Shown: piece after piece, positions 1-7,917 of the stretch
Layout: each line of letters opens with the position of its first letter
How positions within the stretch are numbered: position 1 is the first letter of the stretch
Origin: Steroidobacteraceae bacterium
GTDB taxonomy: Bacteria; Pseudomonadota; Gammaproteobacteria; Steroidobacterales; Steroidobacteraceae
Direction of reading: 5' to 3'
Assembly (NCBI GenBank): GCA_036510475.1
Contig: DATCDX010000212.1
Span: 1 to 26,337, forward strand
Length of the DNA stretch: 26,337 bases
The notes under the pieces: generated by a model
Database searches by the model: none
The model's input: only the letters and a program-made list of their open reading frames with translations
Told to the model about the DNA's origin: nothing
Position numbers and translations under genes: made by a program

Positions 1-987
1 TTCGACCCGACGGGGCGGATCTTGCGCGACAACATCTACGGCACCATCGAAGAGGACGTTTGGCGGCGCGATTTTGCAGCGAACGGGCTGTATTACAACA
101 TCGACGATTTTTCGATTTGGGATTTCGTCGACGGCTTCGGCGACGTGCGGGCGCGGCGCCTGAAATTGATCGGTGATCCGGAAACACGCTACCGCGAAGA
201 TCCGGTGCGGATGTTGCGGGCGGTGCGTTTCGCGGCGAAACTCGACTTCTCCCTCGAGCCTGCGACTGAGGAGCCCATCACGCATCTCGCACATCTGCTG
301 GACGGCGTGCCGGCGGCGCGGCTGTTCGATGAGTGTCTGAAATTGTTCTTGTCCGGTTCCGGCGCTAAGTCTTTTCGGCTGCTGCAGCGCTACGGCCTGT
401 TCGGGCATTTATTTCCGCAGGCGGCCGCCGCGTTTGTGCTGCCGCCCTATTCTTACGCGCAAGATATGCTCGAACTCGGCCTGGTCAACACCGACGCGCG
501 CATCGCGGCCGACAAGCCGGTGACGCCCACCTTCTTGTTTGCGGTGTTGCTGTGGAGCGCGGTGCTGCGCGAACTCAACGAGCGGCAGGCGGGGCCGGCG
601 CCGGATCTCGCGCAACTTCTGCAGGCGTGCGACACGGTGCTCAGGGCGCAGCAATCGCGGGTGGCGATACCGCGGCGCTTCGCCGTGCCCATGCGCGAGC
701 TATTGATGTTGCAGCCACGGTTCAACCGCCGCAGCGGTGTCAAATCTTTAAGCCTGCTGCAGCACCCGCGTTTTCGCGCGGCCTACGATTTCCTGCTGTT
801 GCGCGTGCAAGTCGGCGTCGCGGATTCGGAGTTGGCGAAGTGGTGGACCGATATTCAAGTGCTGCCGCAGGAGGCGCGGGTAGCGCTGGTGCAGGCACGC
901 CCTGCGGAACCGGAGATGGAGGGCGCCCCCGCCGCGCCCGGCCGCCGCCGCCGCCGCCGCAGACGCGGCGGAGCGGCGCGCAGTTAG
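1..987 (+). CDS. pcnB: Poly(A) polymerase I, 5'-truncated by the window edge
   Basis: Frame is open from base 1 (FDPTGRILRDNIYGTIEEDVWRRDF). Contains LKLIGDPETRYREDPVRMLRAVRF, PAARLFDECLKLF and HPRFRAAYDFLLLR, typical of PcnB, plus an Arg-rich C-tail. Directly followed by folK. The ORF-track start at 22 is not the real start. Confidence 0.95.
   Translation, partial: FDPTGRILRDNIYGTIEEDVWRRDFAANGLYYNIDDFSIWDFVDGFGDVRARRLKLIGDPETRYREDPVRMLRAVRFAAKLDFSLEPATEEPITHLAHLLDGVPAARLFDECLKLFLSGSGAKSFRLLQRYGLFGHLFPQAAAAFVLPPYSYAQDMLELGLVNTDARIAADKPVTPTFLFAVLLWSAVLRELNERQAGPAPDLAQLLQACDTVLRAQQSRVAIPRRFAVPMRELLMLQPRFNRRSGVKSLSLLQHPRFRAAYDFLLLRVQVGVADSELAKWWTDIQVLPQEARVALVQARPAEPEMEGAPAAPGRRRRRRRRGGAARS
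941..960 (+). repeat. (GCC)6 trinucleotide tract encoding the poly-Arg tail of PcnB
   Basis: gccgccgccgccgccgccgc, read as CGC x6 within GRRRRRRRRGG. Confidence 0.85.
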
Positions 988-1481
988 TGAAGAGCCCGCT
1001 CTGGCGCCCCGCGTATGTGGCGATCGGCAGCAATTTGAATCAGCCTTCAGAGCGTGTGCTGGAGGCGTACGAGCGGTTGCGCGTGCTGCCTGCAACGCGG
1101 TTGGTGCTGCGTTCGCGCCTGTATCGCACGCGGCCCATGGGCCCGCAGGATCAGCCTGATTTCGTCAATGCGGCGGCCGGCCTGTTGACGCAGCTTACCG
1201 CGCGCGAGTTGCTCGGCATATTGCTGGGAGTCGAGCGTGATATGGGCCGCAATCGACAGGAGCGTTGGGGACCGCGCGTGATCGACTTGGATTTGGTGTG
1301 GATGGTGGGGGAACCGATCGACGAACCTGATTTGAGGGTGCCGCATCCAGGCGTGTCGACGCGCAATTTCGTCCTGTATCCTCTGGCCGATCTTGCACCA
1401 TCGCTCGACATTCCGGGACATGGCCCTGTGTCGGATCTTATGCGGCGTGCCGGCGATGATGGAATTTCCGTCCTGGAGTAG
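987..1481 (+). CDS. folK: 2-amino-4-hydroxy-6-hydroxymethyldihydropteridine diphosphokinase (HPPK)
   Basis: GTG at 987 overlaps the pcnB stop (TAGTG). Motifs AYVAIGSNL, SRLYRTRPMGPQDQPDFVNAAA, ERWGPRVIDLDL and VPHP...RNFVLYPL. The ORF-track extension to 552 is spurious overlap with pcnB. Confidence 0.95.
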   Translation: MKSPLWRPAYVAIGSNLNQPSERVLEAYERLRVLPATRLVLRSRLYRTRPMGPQDQPDFVNAAAGLLTQLTARELLGILLGVERDMGRNRQERWGPRVIDLDLVWMVGEPIDEPDLRVPHPGVSTRNFVLYPLADLAPSLDIPGHGPVSDLMRRAGDDGISVLE

Positions 1482-1494
1482 CCAAGTATTCTCT

Positions 1495-2160
1495 ATGGTG
1501 AGCGCAATACCACACCGATTTATCGTCATCGAGGGTCCGATCGGCGTCGGCAAGACCAGTCTGGCGCGTCGTCTGGGGCAGTCCTTGGGCGCTCAGCTCG
1601 TCTTGGAGCAGGCGGATCAGAATCCCTTTCTGGAGCGCTTCTACAAGAATCCGCGGGCTGCCGCGTTCCAGGCTCAATTATTTTTTTTGTTTCAGCGCGC
1701 CCGCCAGTTGGAAGACGTGCGCCAAGCGGACTTGTTCGGTGCCGTGCGCGTCGCGGATTACCTGCTGGAAAAGGATCAATTGTTCGCCCGCGTCACGCTC
1801 GATGATGCGGAATACTCGCTCTATGAGCGCGTCTACGAGCGCGTGGTCGTCGACGCTCCCAAGCCGGATCTCGTGGTCTACCTACAGGCGCCGGTCGATG
1901 TGTTGGTCGACCGCATCGCCAAGCGCGGCATTCGCTACGAGCAGCACATCGAGCGCAGTTATCTCGATAGGCTCACCCAAGCCTATGCGCGATTTTTCCA
2001 CAGCTATGACGCCGCGCCGCTGCTAATCGTGAATTCGGCGGCGATCGATCCGGTGAACAGCGAGGACGACTACCAGCAGTTGTTCGCGGAGATCAGCAAG
2101 GCGCGGCGTGGCCGGCATTTCTTCAATCCGGCCGGCAGCAGCTTGTTGCCGATCAGCTAG
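1495..2160 (+). CDS. Deoxynucleoside kinase family protein (deoxyguanosine-kinase-like)
   Basis: N-terminal P-loop FIVIEGPIGVGKTSL; NPFLERFY, QLFFLFQRARQL, ADYLLEKDQLFA, PKPDLVVYLQAP and RIAKRG match the dNK family as I recall it. ATG 1495 chosen because upstream starts overlap folK. Confidence 0.85.
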   Translation: MVSAIPHRFIVIEGPIGVGKTSLARRLGQSLGAQLVLEQADQNPFLERFYKNPRAAAFQAQLFFLFQRARQLEDVRQADLFGAVRVADYLLEKDQLFARVTLDDAEYSLYERVYERVVVDAPKPDLVVYLQAPVDVLVDRIAKRGIRYEQHIERSYLDRLTQAYARFFHSYDAAPLLIVNSAAIDPVNSEDDYQQLFAEISKARRGRHFFNPAGSSLLPIS

Positions 2161-2163
2161 AGG

Positions 2164-3279
2164 CTAAGGCTCATCGGCCGGCATGGCGGATTGTTCGCCT
2201 CCCGGCGTCGCGTGCTGCGCCAGGGCCCAGTGCACATGCTCGCGCACCATGGCTGAAGGATGCTGAGCGCGTTCCTCAAGTGCCTGGATCACCTGCGGCG
2301 AAGTCGGAGCGTTGCCGAGCGCCACGGCGATGTTGCGCAGCCAGCGTTCATGGCCGATGCGCCGAATCGCGCTGCCGCTGGTTTTTTCCAGAAATTCCGC
2401 TTCGCTCCAGGAAAACAGCTGCGCGAGCTGCCCGTGATCGAGGCCGTGCCGCACGGCGAAGTCCCGCTCGGCGGTGGGACGGGCGAATTTATTCCACGGG
2501 CACGCGAGTTGGCAGTCATCGCAGCCGTAGATGCGATTGCCGATCGCGCGGCGAAACTCCAGGGGTATGGAGCCGTGGAGCTCGATGGTGAGGTAGGAAA
2601 TGCAGCGCCGCGCGTCGAGACGATAGGGCGCAACGATGGCGCCGGTGGGGCAGGCGGGCATGCAGGCGCCGCATGTTCCGCAGTGCGCGGTACTGGGCGC
2701 GTCCTCCGGCAATTCGAGGTCCAGGTAGATCTCTCCCAGAAAGAAATACGAGCCGGCGTTGCGATCGATCAGGTTGGTATGTTTGCCGATCCAGCCGAGC
2801 CCGGCATTGCGCGCCAGGGCTTTTTCCAAGACCGGCGCACTGTCCGTGAATACGCGGTAGCCGAACGGTCCCACGGCGCCCTGGATGCGATCGCAGAGCT
2901 TCTGCAGGCGGCCGCGCATGAGCTTGTGATAGTCGCGTCCCAGAGCATAGCGCGAGACATACGCTACGCTGCCGTCGGCCAGCGTGGCCTCAGCGCCGGC
3001 CGCGTCGGCCGGCCAATAGTCCATGCGGACGCTGACGCAACTCACCGTTCCCGGCAACAGCTGCGCCGGGCGACTGCGTTTGACGCCATGGCGCGCCATG
3101 TACTGCATCTCGCCGCTGAACCCGAAGCGCAGCCAATCGAGAAAATGCGCCTCGTCGGACGATAAATCGATGCGCGCCACGCCGAGCTTCGCAAACCCGA
3201 GTTCCTCGGCCCAACGCCGCAAGTTTGCCAACAGAGCGGAGGGGTCGAAAGCGGCGGCGGGTGGGTGAGCGGTGTCCAC
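2164..3279 (-). CDS. queG: tRNA epoxyqueuosine(34) reductase
   Basis: SRYALGRDYHKLMR, FTDSAPVLEKALA, AGLGWIGKHTNLI, 4Fe-4S motifs CGTCGACMPACPT and CISYLTIE...GCDDCQLACPWN, and C-terminal WLRNIAVALGN. GTG at 3279-3277 preferred; the longer start falls in the intergenic repeat. Confidence 0.95.
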   Translation of the reverse strand: MDTAHPPAAAFDPSALLANLRRWAEELGFAKLGVARIDLSSDEAHFLDWLRFGFSGEMQYMARHGVKRSRPAQLLPGTVSCVSVRMDYWPADAAGAEATLADGSVAYVSRYALGRDYHKLMRGRLQKLCDRIQGAVGPFGYRVFTDSAPVLEKALARNAGLGWIGKHTNLIDRNAGSYFFLGEIYLDLELPEDAPSTAHCGTCGACMPACPTGAIVAPYRLDARRCISYLTIELHGSIPLEFRRAIGNRIYGCDDCQLACPWNKFARPTAERDFAVRHGLDHGQLAQLFSWSEAEFLEKTSGSAIRRIGHERWLRNIAVALGNAPTSPQVIQALEERAQHPSAMVREHVHWALAQHATPGGEQSAMPADEP

Positions 3280-3287
3280 GGGGCTCA

Positions 3288-3293
3288 AGGCTA
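3288..3293 (-). promoter_or_regulatory. Candidate -10 element (TAGCCT) for queG, 8 nt before the GTG
   Basis: Minus strand reads TAGCCT-tgagcccc-GTG. It fits the TAnnnT pattern, with no SD and no recognisable -35. Confidence 0.3.
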
Positions 3294-3340
3294 CGCGAGT
3301 GCACGGCCTATGCGCGAGTGCACGGCCCATGCGCGAGTGC
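3294..3340. repeat. 19-bp tandem repeat, about 2.5 copies, in the queG/tsaE divergent gap
   Basis: CGCGAGTGCACGGCCTATG (3294-3312), CGCGAGTGCACGGCCCATG (3313-3331) and partial CGCGAGTGC (3332-3340). One mismatch between the full copies. Confidence 0.9.
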
Positions 3341-3344
3341 CCAG

Positions 3345-3350
3345 TATAAT
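3345..3350 (+). promoter_or_regulatory. Consensus -10 element (TATAAT) for tsaE
   Basis: Perfect TATAAT in a GC-rich context, 7 nt before ATG 3358. No clear -35. Confidence 0.55.
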
Positions 3351-3357
3351 GGCGCTG

Positions 3358-3858
3358 ATGGACCTTAAACTCGCTGACAGCGGCGCCACCGAAACTCTAG
3401 GTCTGGCGCTGGCGCGTTCTTTTCCGGGCGCGGCGCTGGGTCCGGCCGTGGTTCATCTGCGCGGTGAATTGGGCGCCGGCAAGACTACTTGCGTGCGCGG
3501 CCTGTTGCGATCGCTCGGCGTCACGGGGTTGGTACGCAGCCCAACTTACACCTTGGTCGAGACTTATGCTCTTAACGGCCTGACCTGCGTACATATCGAC
3601 CTGTACCGGTTGCAGGCGGCCATCGAGGTCGATGAACTAGGCTTGCGGGATTATTTGGGCCCAGGCTGCCTGTTATTGATCGAATGGCCGGAGAAAGGCG
3701 CGCAGGCGTTACCGGCGGCTGATATGGATTTGGCCCTTCGATACGCGGGCCAGGGACGGTCGGCACAGGTGAGCGCCAAGACGACGCTCGGGGCTGAATG
3801 GCTCGACAACCTGGGACGTGACAGTAGATTAGCTCCCTATGTTACTAATTTAACTTGA
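3358..3858 (+). CDS. tsaE: tRNA threonylcarbamoyladenosine biosynthesis ATPase
   Basis: HLRGELGAGKTT (Walker A), VRSPTYTLVETY, HIDLYRL and LLIEWPE. Canonical position before amiB-mutL. Alternative ATG at 3349 lies inside the TATAAT. Confidence 0.95.
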   Translation: MDLKLADSGATETLGLALARSFPGAALGPAVVHLRGELGAGKTTCVRGLLRSLGVTGLVRSPTYTLVETYALNGLTCVHIDLYRLQAAIEVDELGLRDYLGPGCLLLIEWPEKGAQALPAADMDLALRYAGQGRSAQVSAKTTLGAEWLDNLGRDSRLAPYVTNLT

Positions 3859-3884
3859 AAAATGTCCTTCATACGCGTTAACTT
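3855..3884 (+). promoter_or_regulatory. Candidate sigma70 promoter for amiB
   Basis: TTGAAA (3855-3860), 18 nt, TAACTT (3879-3884) in an AT-rich patch. ATG follows at 3893 with no SD. Confidence 0.45.
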
Positions 3885-3892
3885 ATTGCGCC

Positions 3893-5104
3893 ATGAGATC
3901 CCAGGTACTGCAGTCCCTTTGGGCGTCGCTGCTCGCGACGGCGCTGCTATCGACCGCGCATGCGGTGGACGTGCGCGCGGTGCGGCTGTGGGCGGGCCCG
4001 GATAGCACCCGCGTTGTGCTCGATCTGTCGGGTCGCGCGCGACACAGCATGCAGGTATTGAAGAATCCGGATCGCGTGGTTCTGGATGTTTCGGGGGCGC
4101 GGCTCGCCGCCGGCGCACGCTCGGCGCCGGCCGGTGTCGGCGTGGTGCGGCGGGTGCGCATGGGGCGCAGGCCCTCGGGTGAGTTGCGGATCGTATTGGA
4201 CTTGGCGCGGCCGCTGCGGGCGACGAGTTTTTTGGCATCGCCGAACAATCGTTATGGCTATCGACTGGTCATCGACTTGGGTTCGGCGCCAAGCACGGTG
4301 GAAACGCCCGTCAAGGTGGCGCATGCGCCGCCGGATGCGCGCGATCTTGTGATCGCCATCGACGCCGGTCATGGCGGCGAGGATCCCGGCGCGATCGGCA
4401 TGAACGGCACGCGTGAAAAGGACGTCGTGCTCGCCATCGCCAAGGAGCTGGCGTTGCGCGTGAATGCGGAGCCGGGGATGAAGGCGGTGTTGACCCGTAA
4501 CGGCGATTACTTCGTGCCGTTGCGTGATCGGATGCGGCGCGCCCGCGCGCAGAAGGCGGATCTGTTCGTCTCCATTCATGCCGATTCGATTCGCGATCGG
4601 CGCATCGACGGCTCTTCCGTATACATCCTATCGCAGCGGGGCGCCACCGACGAAGCTTCGCGTTGGCTTGCGGAGCGGGAAAACGCCTCTGACTTGATCG
4701 GCGGCGTGTCGCTGGACGATAAGGATGACGTGCTGGCCTCGGTGCTGTTGGATTTGTCGCAGTCGGCATCGCTGAGCGCAAGTCAGGCGGCGGCGCAGCG
4801 GGTGCTGCATCAACTAAATCAAGCCGTCGAAGTGCGCAAGCATCAAGTGCAGCAGGCGCGATTCATGGTGCTGAAGTCGCCCGACATCCCCTCAATGCTG
4901 GTCGAAACGGCCTACATTTCAAACCCGCAAGAGGAGATGCGGCTGCGTACTCCTGCGCAGCAGGCGCGGCTCGCCGGCGCCATCCATCGCGGTGTACACG
5001 ATTATTTCTATGCCAATCCGCCGATGGGGACGCGGATTGCGCAACTCGCCGCAGCCGACGCGCAGCGGGCGGTTCTGGCCACCGCCGGCGCCGCGGGAGA
5101 TTAA
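3893..5104 (+). CDS. amiB: N-acetylmuramoyl-L-alanine amidase (signal peptide + AMIN + Amidase_3)
   Basis: Sec-type signal ending AHA; AMIN-like repeats (STRVVLDL, PDRVVLDV, YRLVIDL); Zn-ligand motifs IDAGHGGEDPGA, EKDV, SIHADS and LVETAYISN. Lies between tsaE and mutL; the amiB versus amiC name rests on position. Confidence 0.9.
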   Translation: MRSQVLQSLWASLLATALLSTAHAVDVRAVRLWAGPDSTRVVLDLSGRARHSMQVLKNPDRVVLDVSGARLAAGARSAPAGVGVVRRVRMGRRPSGELRIVLDLARPLRATSFLASPNNRYGYRLVIDLGSAPSTVETPVKVAHAPPDARDLVIAIDAGHGGEDPGAIGMNGTREKDVVLAIAKELALRVNAEPGMKAVLTRNGDYFVPLRDRMRRARAQKADLFVSIHADSIRDRRIDGSSVYILSQRGATDEASRWLAERENASDLIGGVSLDDKDDVLASVLLDLSQSASLSASQAAAQRVLHQLNQAVEVRKHQVQQARFMVLKSPDIPSMLVETAYISNPQEEMRLRTPAQQARLAGAIHRGVHDYFYANPPMGTRIAQLAAADAQRAVLATAGAAGD

Positions 5105-5146
5105 ACGCCCCCGCTGTGCGAAAATGGGCGATTCGCGAGGTCGCCC

Positions 5147-6976
5147 GTGCCCATTCAACTCTTATCCGACGAACTCATCAGCCAAATCGCCGCCGGCGAG
5201 GTCATCGAACGGCCCGCCTCCGTGGTCAAGGAGCTGGTGGAAAATGCCCTGGACGCGCGTGCTCAGCGCATCGAAGTGGAGCTGGAACGCGGCGGCTGCG
5301 GCCTGATTCGCGTGCGCGATGACGGCCTCGGGATTCTGTCCGGGGAAATCACGTTGGCGCTGGCGCGGCACGCCACCAGCAAGATCGCGTCGCTCGGCGA
5401 TCTCGAGAGCGTCGCCACGCTGGGGTTTCGCGGCGAGGCGCTGCCCAGTATCGCCTCCGTGTCCCGCCTGTCGCTGGCATCGCGCCCTGCAAGCGCCACG
5501 CATGCTTGGGTGGTCGAGGCTCGCGATGGTGCGGTCAATGCGGCGGCTCCCGCGTCCCATCCCTACGGCACCAGCGTCGAGGTGCGCGACCTTTTCTTCA
5601 ACGTGCCGGCACGGCGCAAATTTCTGCGCAGCGACAACACCGAATACCAACACATCGTACGCATGCTGGAGCGCCTCGCGCTGTCGCGCTTCGAAGTGGC
5701 TTTCAGCCTCGTGCACAACGGCAAGACTGTATGGACTCTGGCTGCTGCGCATACCGCTGCGGAGCGCCTGCTGCGCGTTGCGAAGCTATGCGGCGAAGAG
5801 TTCGCCGCGCACGTGATCGAGTTGCGCCACGATACGGAGAGCCTGCGCCTGTCCGGGTGGTTGGCGCTGCCGACGTTTTCCCGCAGCCAGTCCGACCTGC
5901 AATTCGCTTACCTGAACGGACGCTTTGTGCGCGATAAATTGCTGGCCGGCGCGGTGCGCCTCGCCTACCACGATGTGTTGTTCCACGGCAGATTTCCCGC
6001 CTACCTGCTGTACCTGGATTTGGACCCGGCGATGGTCGACGTCAACGCGCATCCACAGAAACTGGAGGTGCGATTCCGCGATTCGCGCCGCATACATGAT
6101 TTCGTGTTCCGCACGCTGGAACGGGTGCTGGCCGGGACGCGCCCCAACGCCGAGTCGGCCGGCAGCGCGGCGTTGGATTGGCTCAGCGGCAGTGCGCGCT
6201 TCAACGGCTTGGCGACGCCGAACCAGGCGCGTTTCACGCTGCCCGAGGCGAGCATGCCGCGCGCCGGCGCGGATGCATATCGCAGCTTCGTTCAAGGCGC
6301 CGAGGCGGCGGCGAATGGTGCAGCAACGGCGGTGCGGGATGAGCCGTTGCTCGGCGGCGCCGCACCCCTAGATCATGCCGCACCCCAGGATCATGCGGTA
6401 CCCTTGGGTTATGCCATAGCGCAGTTGCATGGCGTGTACATCCTGGCCCAGACCGCCGATGGCATGGTGCTGGTGGACATGCACGCGGCGCACGAGCGGG
6501 TCATGTACGAAGGCATGAAGAAATTGCTGGCCGGGCACACGGCGCAGCAGCAACTCTTGATCCCGGAGATACTCAACGTGAGCCCCGCACAGGCCGAAGC
6601 GGCCGAGGCGCACGCGCAGGAATTCGCCAAGTTGGGATTTATCGTGACGCGCCTAGCACCCGGCCAATTAGCGCTGCGCGCGGTGCCCAGTCTGTTGACG
6701 GCCCGCGACCCGGGCGCCATCGTGCGCGATGTCTTGTCCGATTTGTTGGAACAGGGGCACTCGCGGCGCGTCGAGGAGTCGATCAACCATTTATTGGGCA
6801 CCATGGCTTGTCACGCGGCGGTCCGCGCGCGGCGCACGCTGAGCGTGGCGGAAATGAATGCGTTGCTGCGTGAAATGGAGGGAACGGAGCGCGCCGATCA
6901 ATGCAACCACGGCCGTCCGACCTGGGTGCGATTGTCGCTCACCGACCTTGATCGACTTTTCTTGCGCGGGCGGTGA
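5147..6976 (+). CDS. mutL: DNA mismatch repair protein MutL
   Basis: IAAGEVIERPASVVKELVENALDA, RHATSKI, TLGFRGEALPSI and VDVNAHPQKLEVRF; C-terminal DMHAAHER, QLLIP, MACH and CNHGRP. GTG start. Confidence 0.97.
   Translation: MPIQLLSDELISQIAAGEVIERPASVVKELVENALDARAQRIEVELERGGCGLIRVRDDGLGILSGEITLALARHATSKIASLGDLESVATLGFRGEALPSIASVSRLSLASRPASATHAWVVEARDGAVNAAAPASHPYGTSVEVRDLFFNVPARRKFLRSDNTEYQHIVRMLERLALSRFEVAFSLVHNGKTVWTLAAAHTAAERLLRVAKLCGEEFAAHVIELRHDTESLRLSGWLALPTFSRSQSDLQFAYLNGRFVRDKLLAGAVRLAYHDVLFHGRFPAYLLYLDLDPAMVDVNAHPQKLEVRFRDSRRIHDFVFRTLERVLAGTRPNAESAGSAALDWLSGSARFNGLATPNQARFTLPEASMPRAGADAYRSFVQGAEAAANGAATAVRDEPLLGGAAPLDHAAPQDHAVPLGYAIAQLHGVYILAQTADGMVLVDMHAAHERVMYEGMKKLLAGHTAQQQLLIPEILNVSPAQAEAAEAHAQEFAKLGFIVTRLAPGQLALRAVPSLLTARDPGAIVRDVLSDLLEQGHSRRVEESINHLLGTMACHAAVRARRTLSVAEMNALLREMEGTERADQCNHGRPTWVRLSLTDLDRLFLRGR
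6359..6403 (+). repeat. 18-bp in-frame tandem repeat in the mutL linker (AAPLDH-AAPQDH-AVP)
   Basis: GCCGCACCCCTAGATCAT (6359-6376), GCCGCACCCCAGGATCAT (6377-6394), then degenerate GCGGTACCC. Confidence 0.8.
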
Positions 6977-7917
6977 TGCGCCGTAGTGCGGTGCTGTTGA
7001 TGGGTCCGACAGGATCGGGTAAATCGGATCTGGCCATCCGGCTGGCCGAGCGCATGCCGTTCGAGATCGTCAGCGTGGATTCGGCGCTGGTGTATCGCGG
7101 CATGGACATCGGCACCGCCAAACCGGGCCGCGAAGTGCGCGCGCGAATACCACATCACCTGATCGATATTCGCGATCCTACGTTGAGCTACTCGGTGGGC
7201 GAATTCGTGCGCGATGCGCAGCATGCCATGCAGGATATATGGCGGCGGGGCCGGCAGCCGTTATTGGTGGGAGGCACGATGCTGTACTTCCACGCGCTGA
7301 CGGTGGGTCTTGCCGAACTCCCCGAGGCCGACCTCGATGTGCGCGCCGCCATCGACGCGCAGGCCGCGACGTCGGGGTGGGCTTCCGTGCACCGGGAACT
7401 CGCGCAGGTGGACCCGCAGGCGGCGGCGCGCATCCATGTCAACGATCCGCAGCGCATTCAGCGGGCGCTGGAGGTCTATCGCCTGACGGGCGAGCCCATC
7501 ACAAATCTTCAACAAAGTCGCGTGTCAGCGTTTTCCGACATGAATGTAATCGAATTTGCTCTCGCGCCCCTTGAACGGCGGGAATTACACTCCAGAATCG
7601 AGTTGCGCTTCAAGGCGATGCTCGACGTGGGCTTGCTGGCGGAAGTGACGCGGCTCTATGGAAGAGGCGATCTCACCGCGGAACATCCGGCGATGCGCGC
7701 GGTCGGATATCGACAGCTATGGCGACATTTGGCGGGGCACAGTGCATTGGGCGAGGCTACGAATCAGGCAATTGTCGCGACGCGACAACTGGCCAAAAGA
7801 CAAATGACGTGGCTGCGGCGGCGAGAGCACGCGCAGTGGTTCGATTCGATGCATCCGCAGGTCGCGCAAATGGTTATTGATGCACTACCCGCGAGTGGTT
7901 GGAGTGCGCTGTGCTAG
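6976..7917 (+). CDS. miaA: tRNA dimethylallyltransferase
   Basis: LMGPTGSGKS, IVSVDSALVYRGMDIGTAKP, LLVGGTMLYF, NDPQRIQRALEV, RAVGYRQ and TRQLAKRQMTW. ATG overlaps the mutL stop (TGATG); GTG 6973 is an alternative. Confidence 0.97.
   Translation: MRRSAVLLMGPTGSGKSDLAIRLAERMPFEIVSVDSALVYRGMDIGTAKPGREVRARIPHHLIDIRDPTLSYSVGEFVRDAQHAMQDIWRRGRQPLLVGGTMLYFHALTVGLAELPEADLDVRAAIDAQAATSGWASVHRELAQVDPQAAARIHVNDPQRIQRALEVYRLTGEPITNLQQSRVSAFSDMNVIEFALAPLERRELHSRIELRFKAMLDVGLLAEVTRLYGRGDLTAEHPAMRAVGYRQLWRHLAGHSALGEATNQAIVATRQLAKRQMTWLRRREHAQWFDSMHPQVAQMVIDALPASGWSALC

Noticed and set aside
941-966. (GCC)6 tract as a contingency locus
   Set aside because: It is in frame, and Arg-rich tails are normal for PcnB; slippage would only change the Arg count.
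552-986. N-terminal extensions in the ORF track for folK (552), dNK (1393), GH3 (12932) and rlmB (22564)
   Set aside because: They overlap the upstream gene. Better starts exist at or near the stop/start junctions (987, 1495, 13241, 22675).
3294-3340. Short repeats (here and at 18324-18360) as CRISPR remnants
   Set aside because: The units are adjacent or 3 nt apart with no spacers, and there are no cas genes.
3854-3876. CTTGAAA as a sigma32 promoter for amiB
   Set aside because: There is no CCCCAT-like -10 at 13-17 nt; a sigma70 reading fits better.
5355-5366. TGGCGC x2 at the mutL ATP-lid, site of the Salmonella/E. coli LALALA mutator repeat
   Set aside because: Only two units are present and the segment length looks normal (EITLALARHATSK), so there is no sign of a deleted unit or mutator allele.
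7890-7897. CGCGAGTG, the core of the queG/tsaE repeat, recurring upstream of the hfq -10
   Set aside because: One extra 8-mer match in 26 kb of GC-rich DNA is compatible with chance, and its spacing to the -10 differs.
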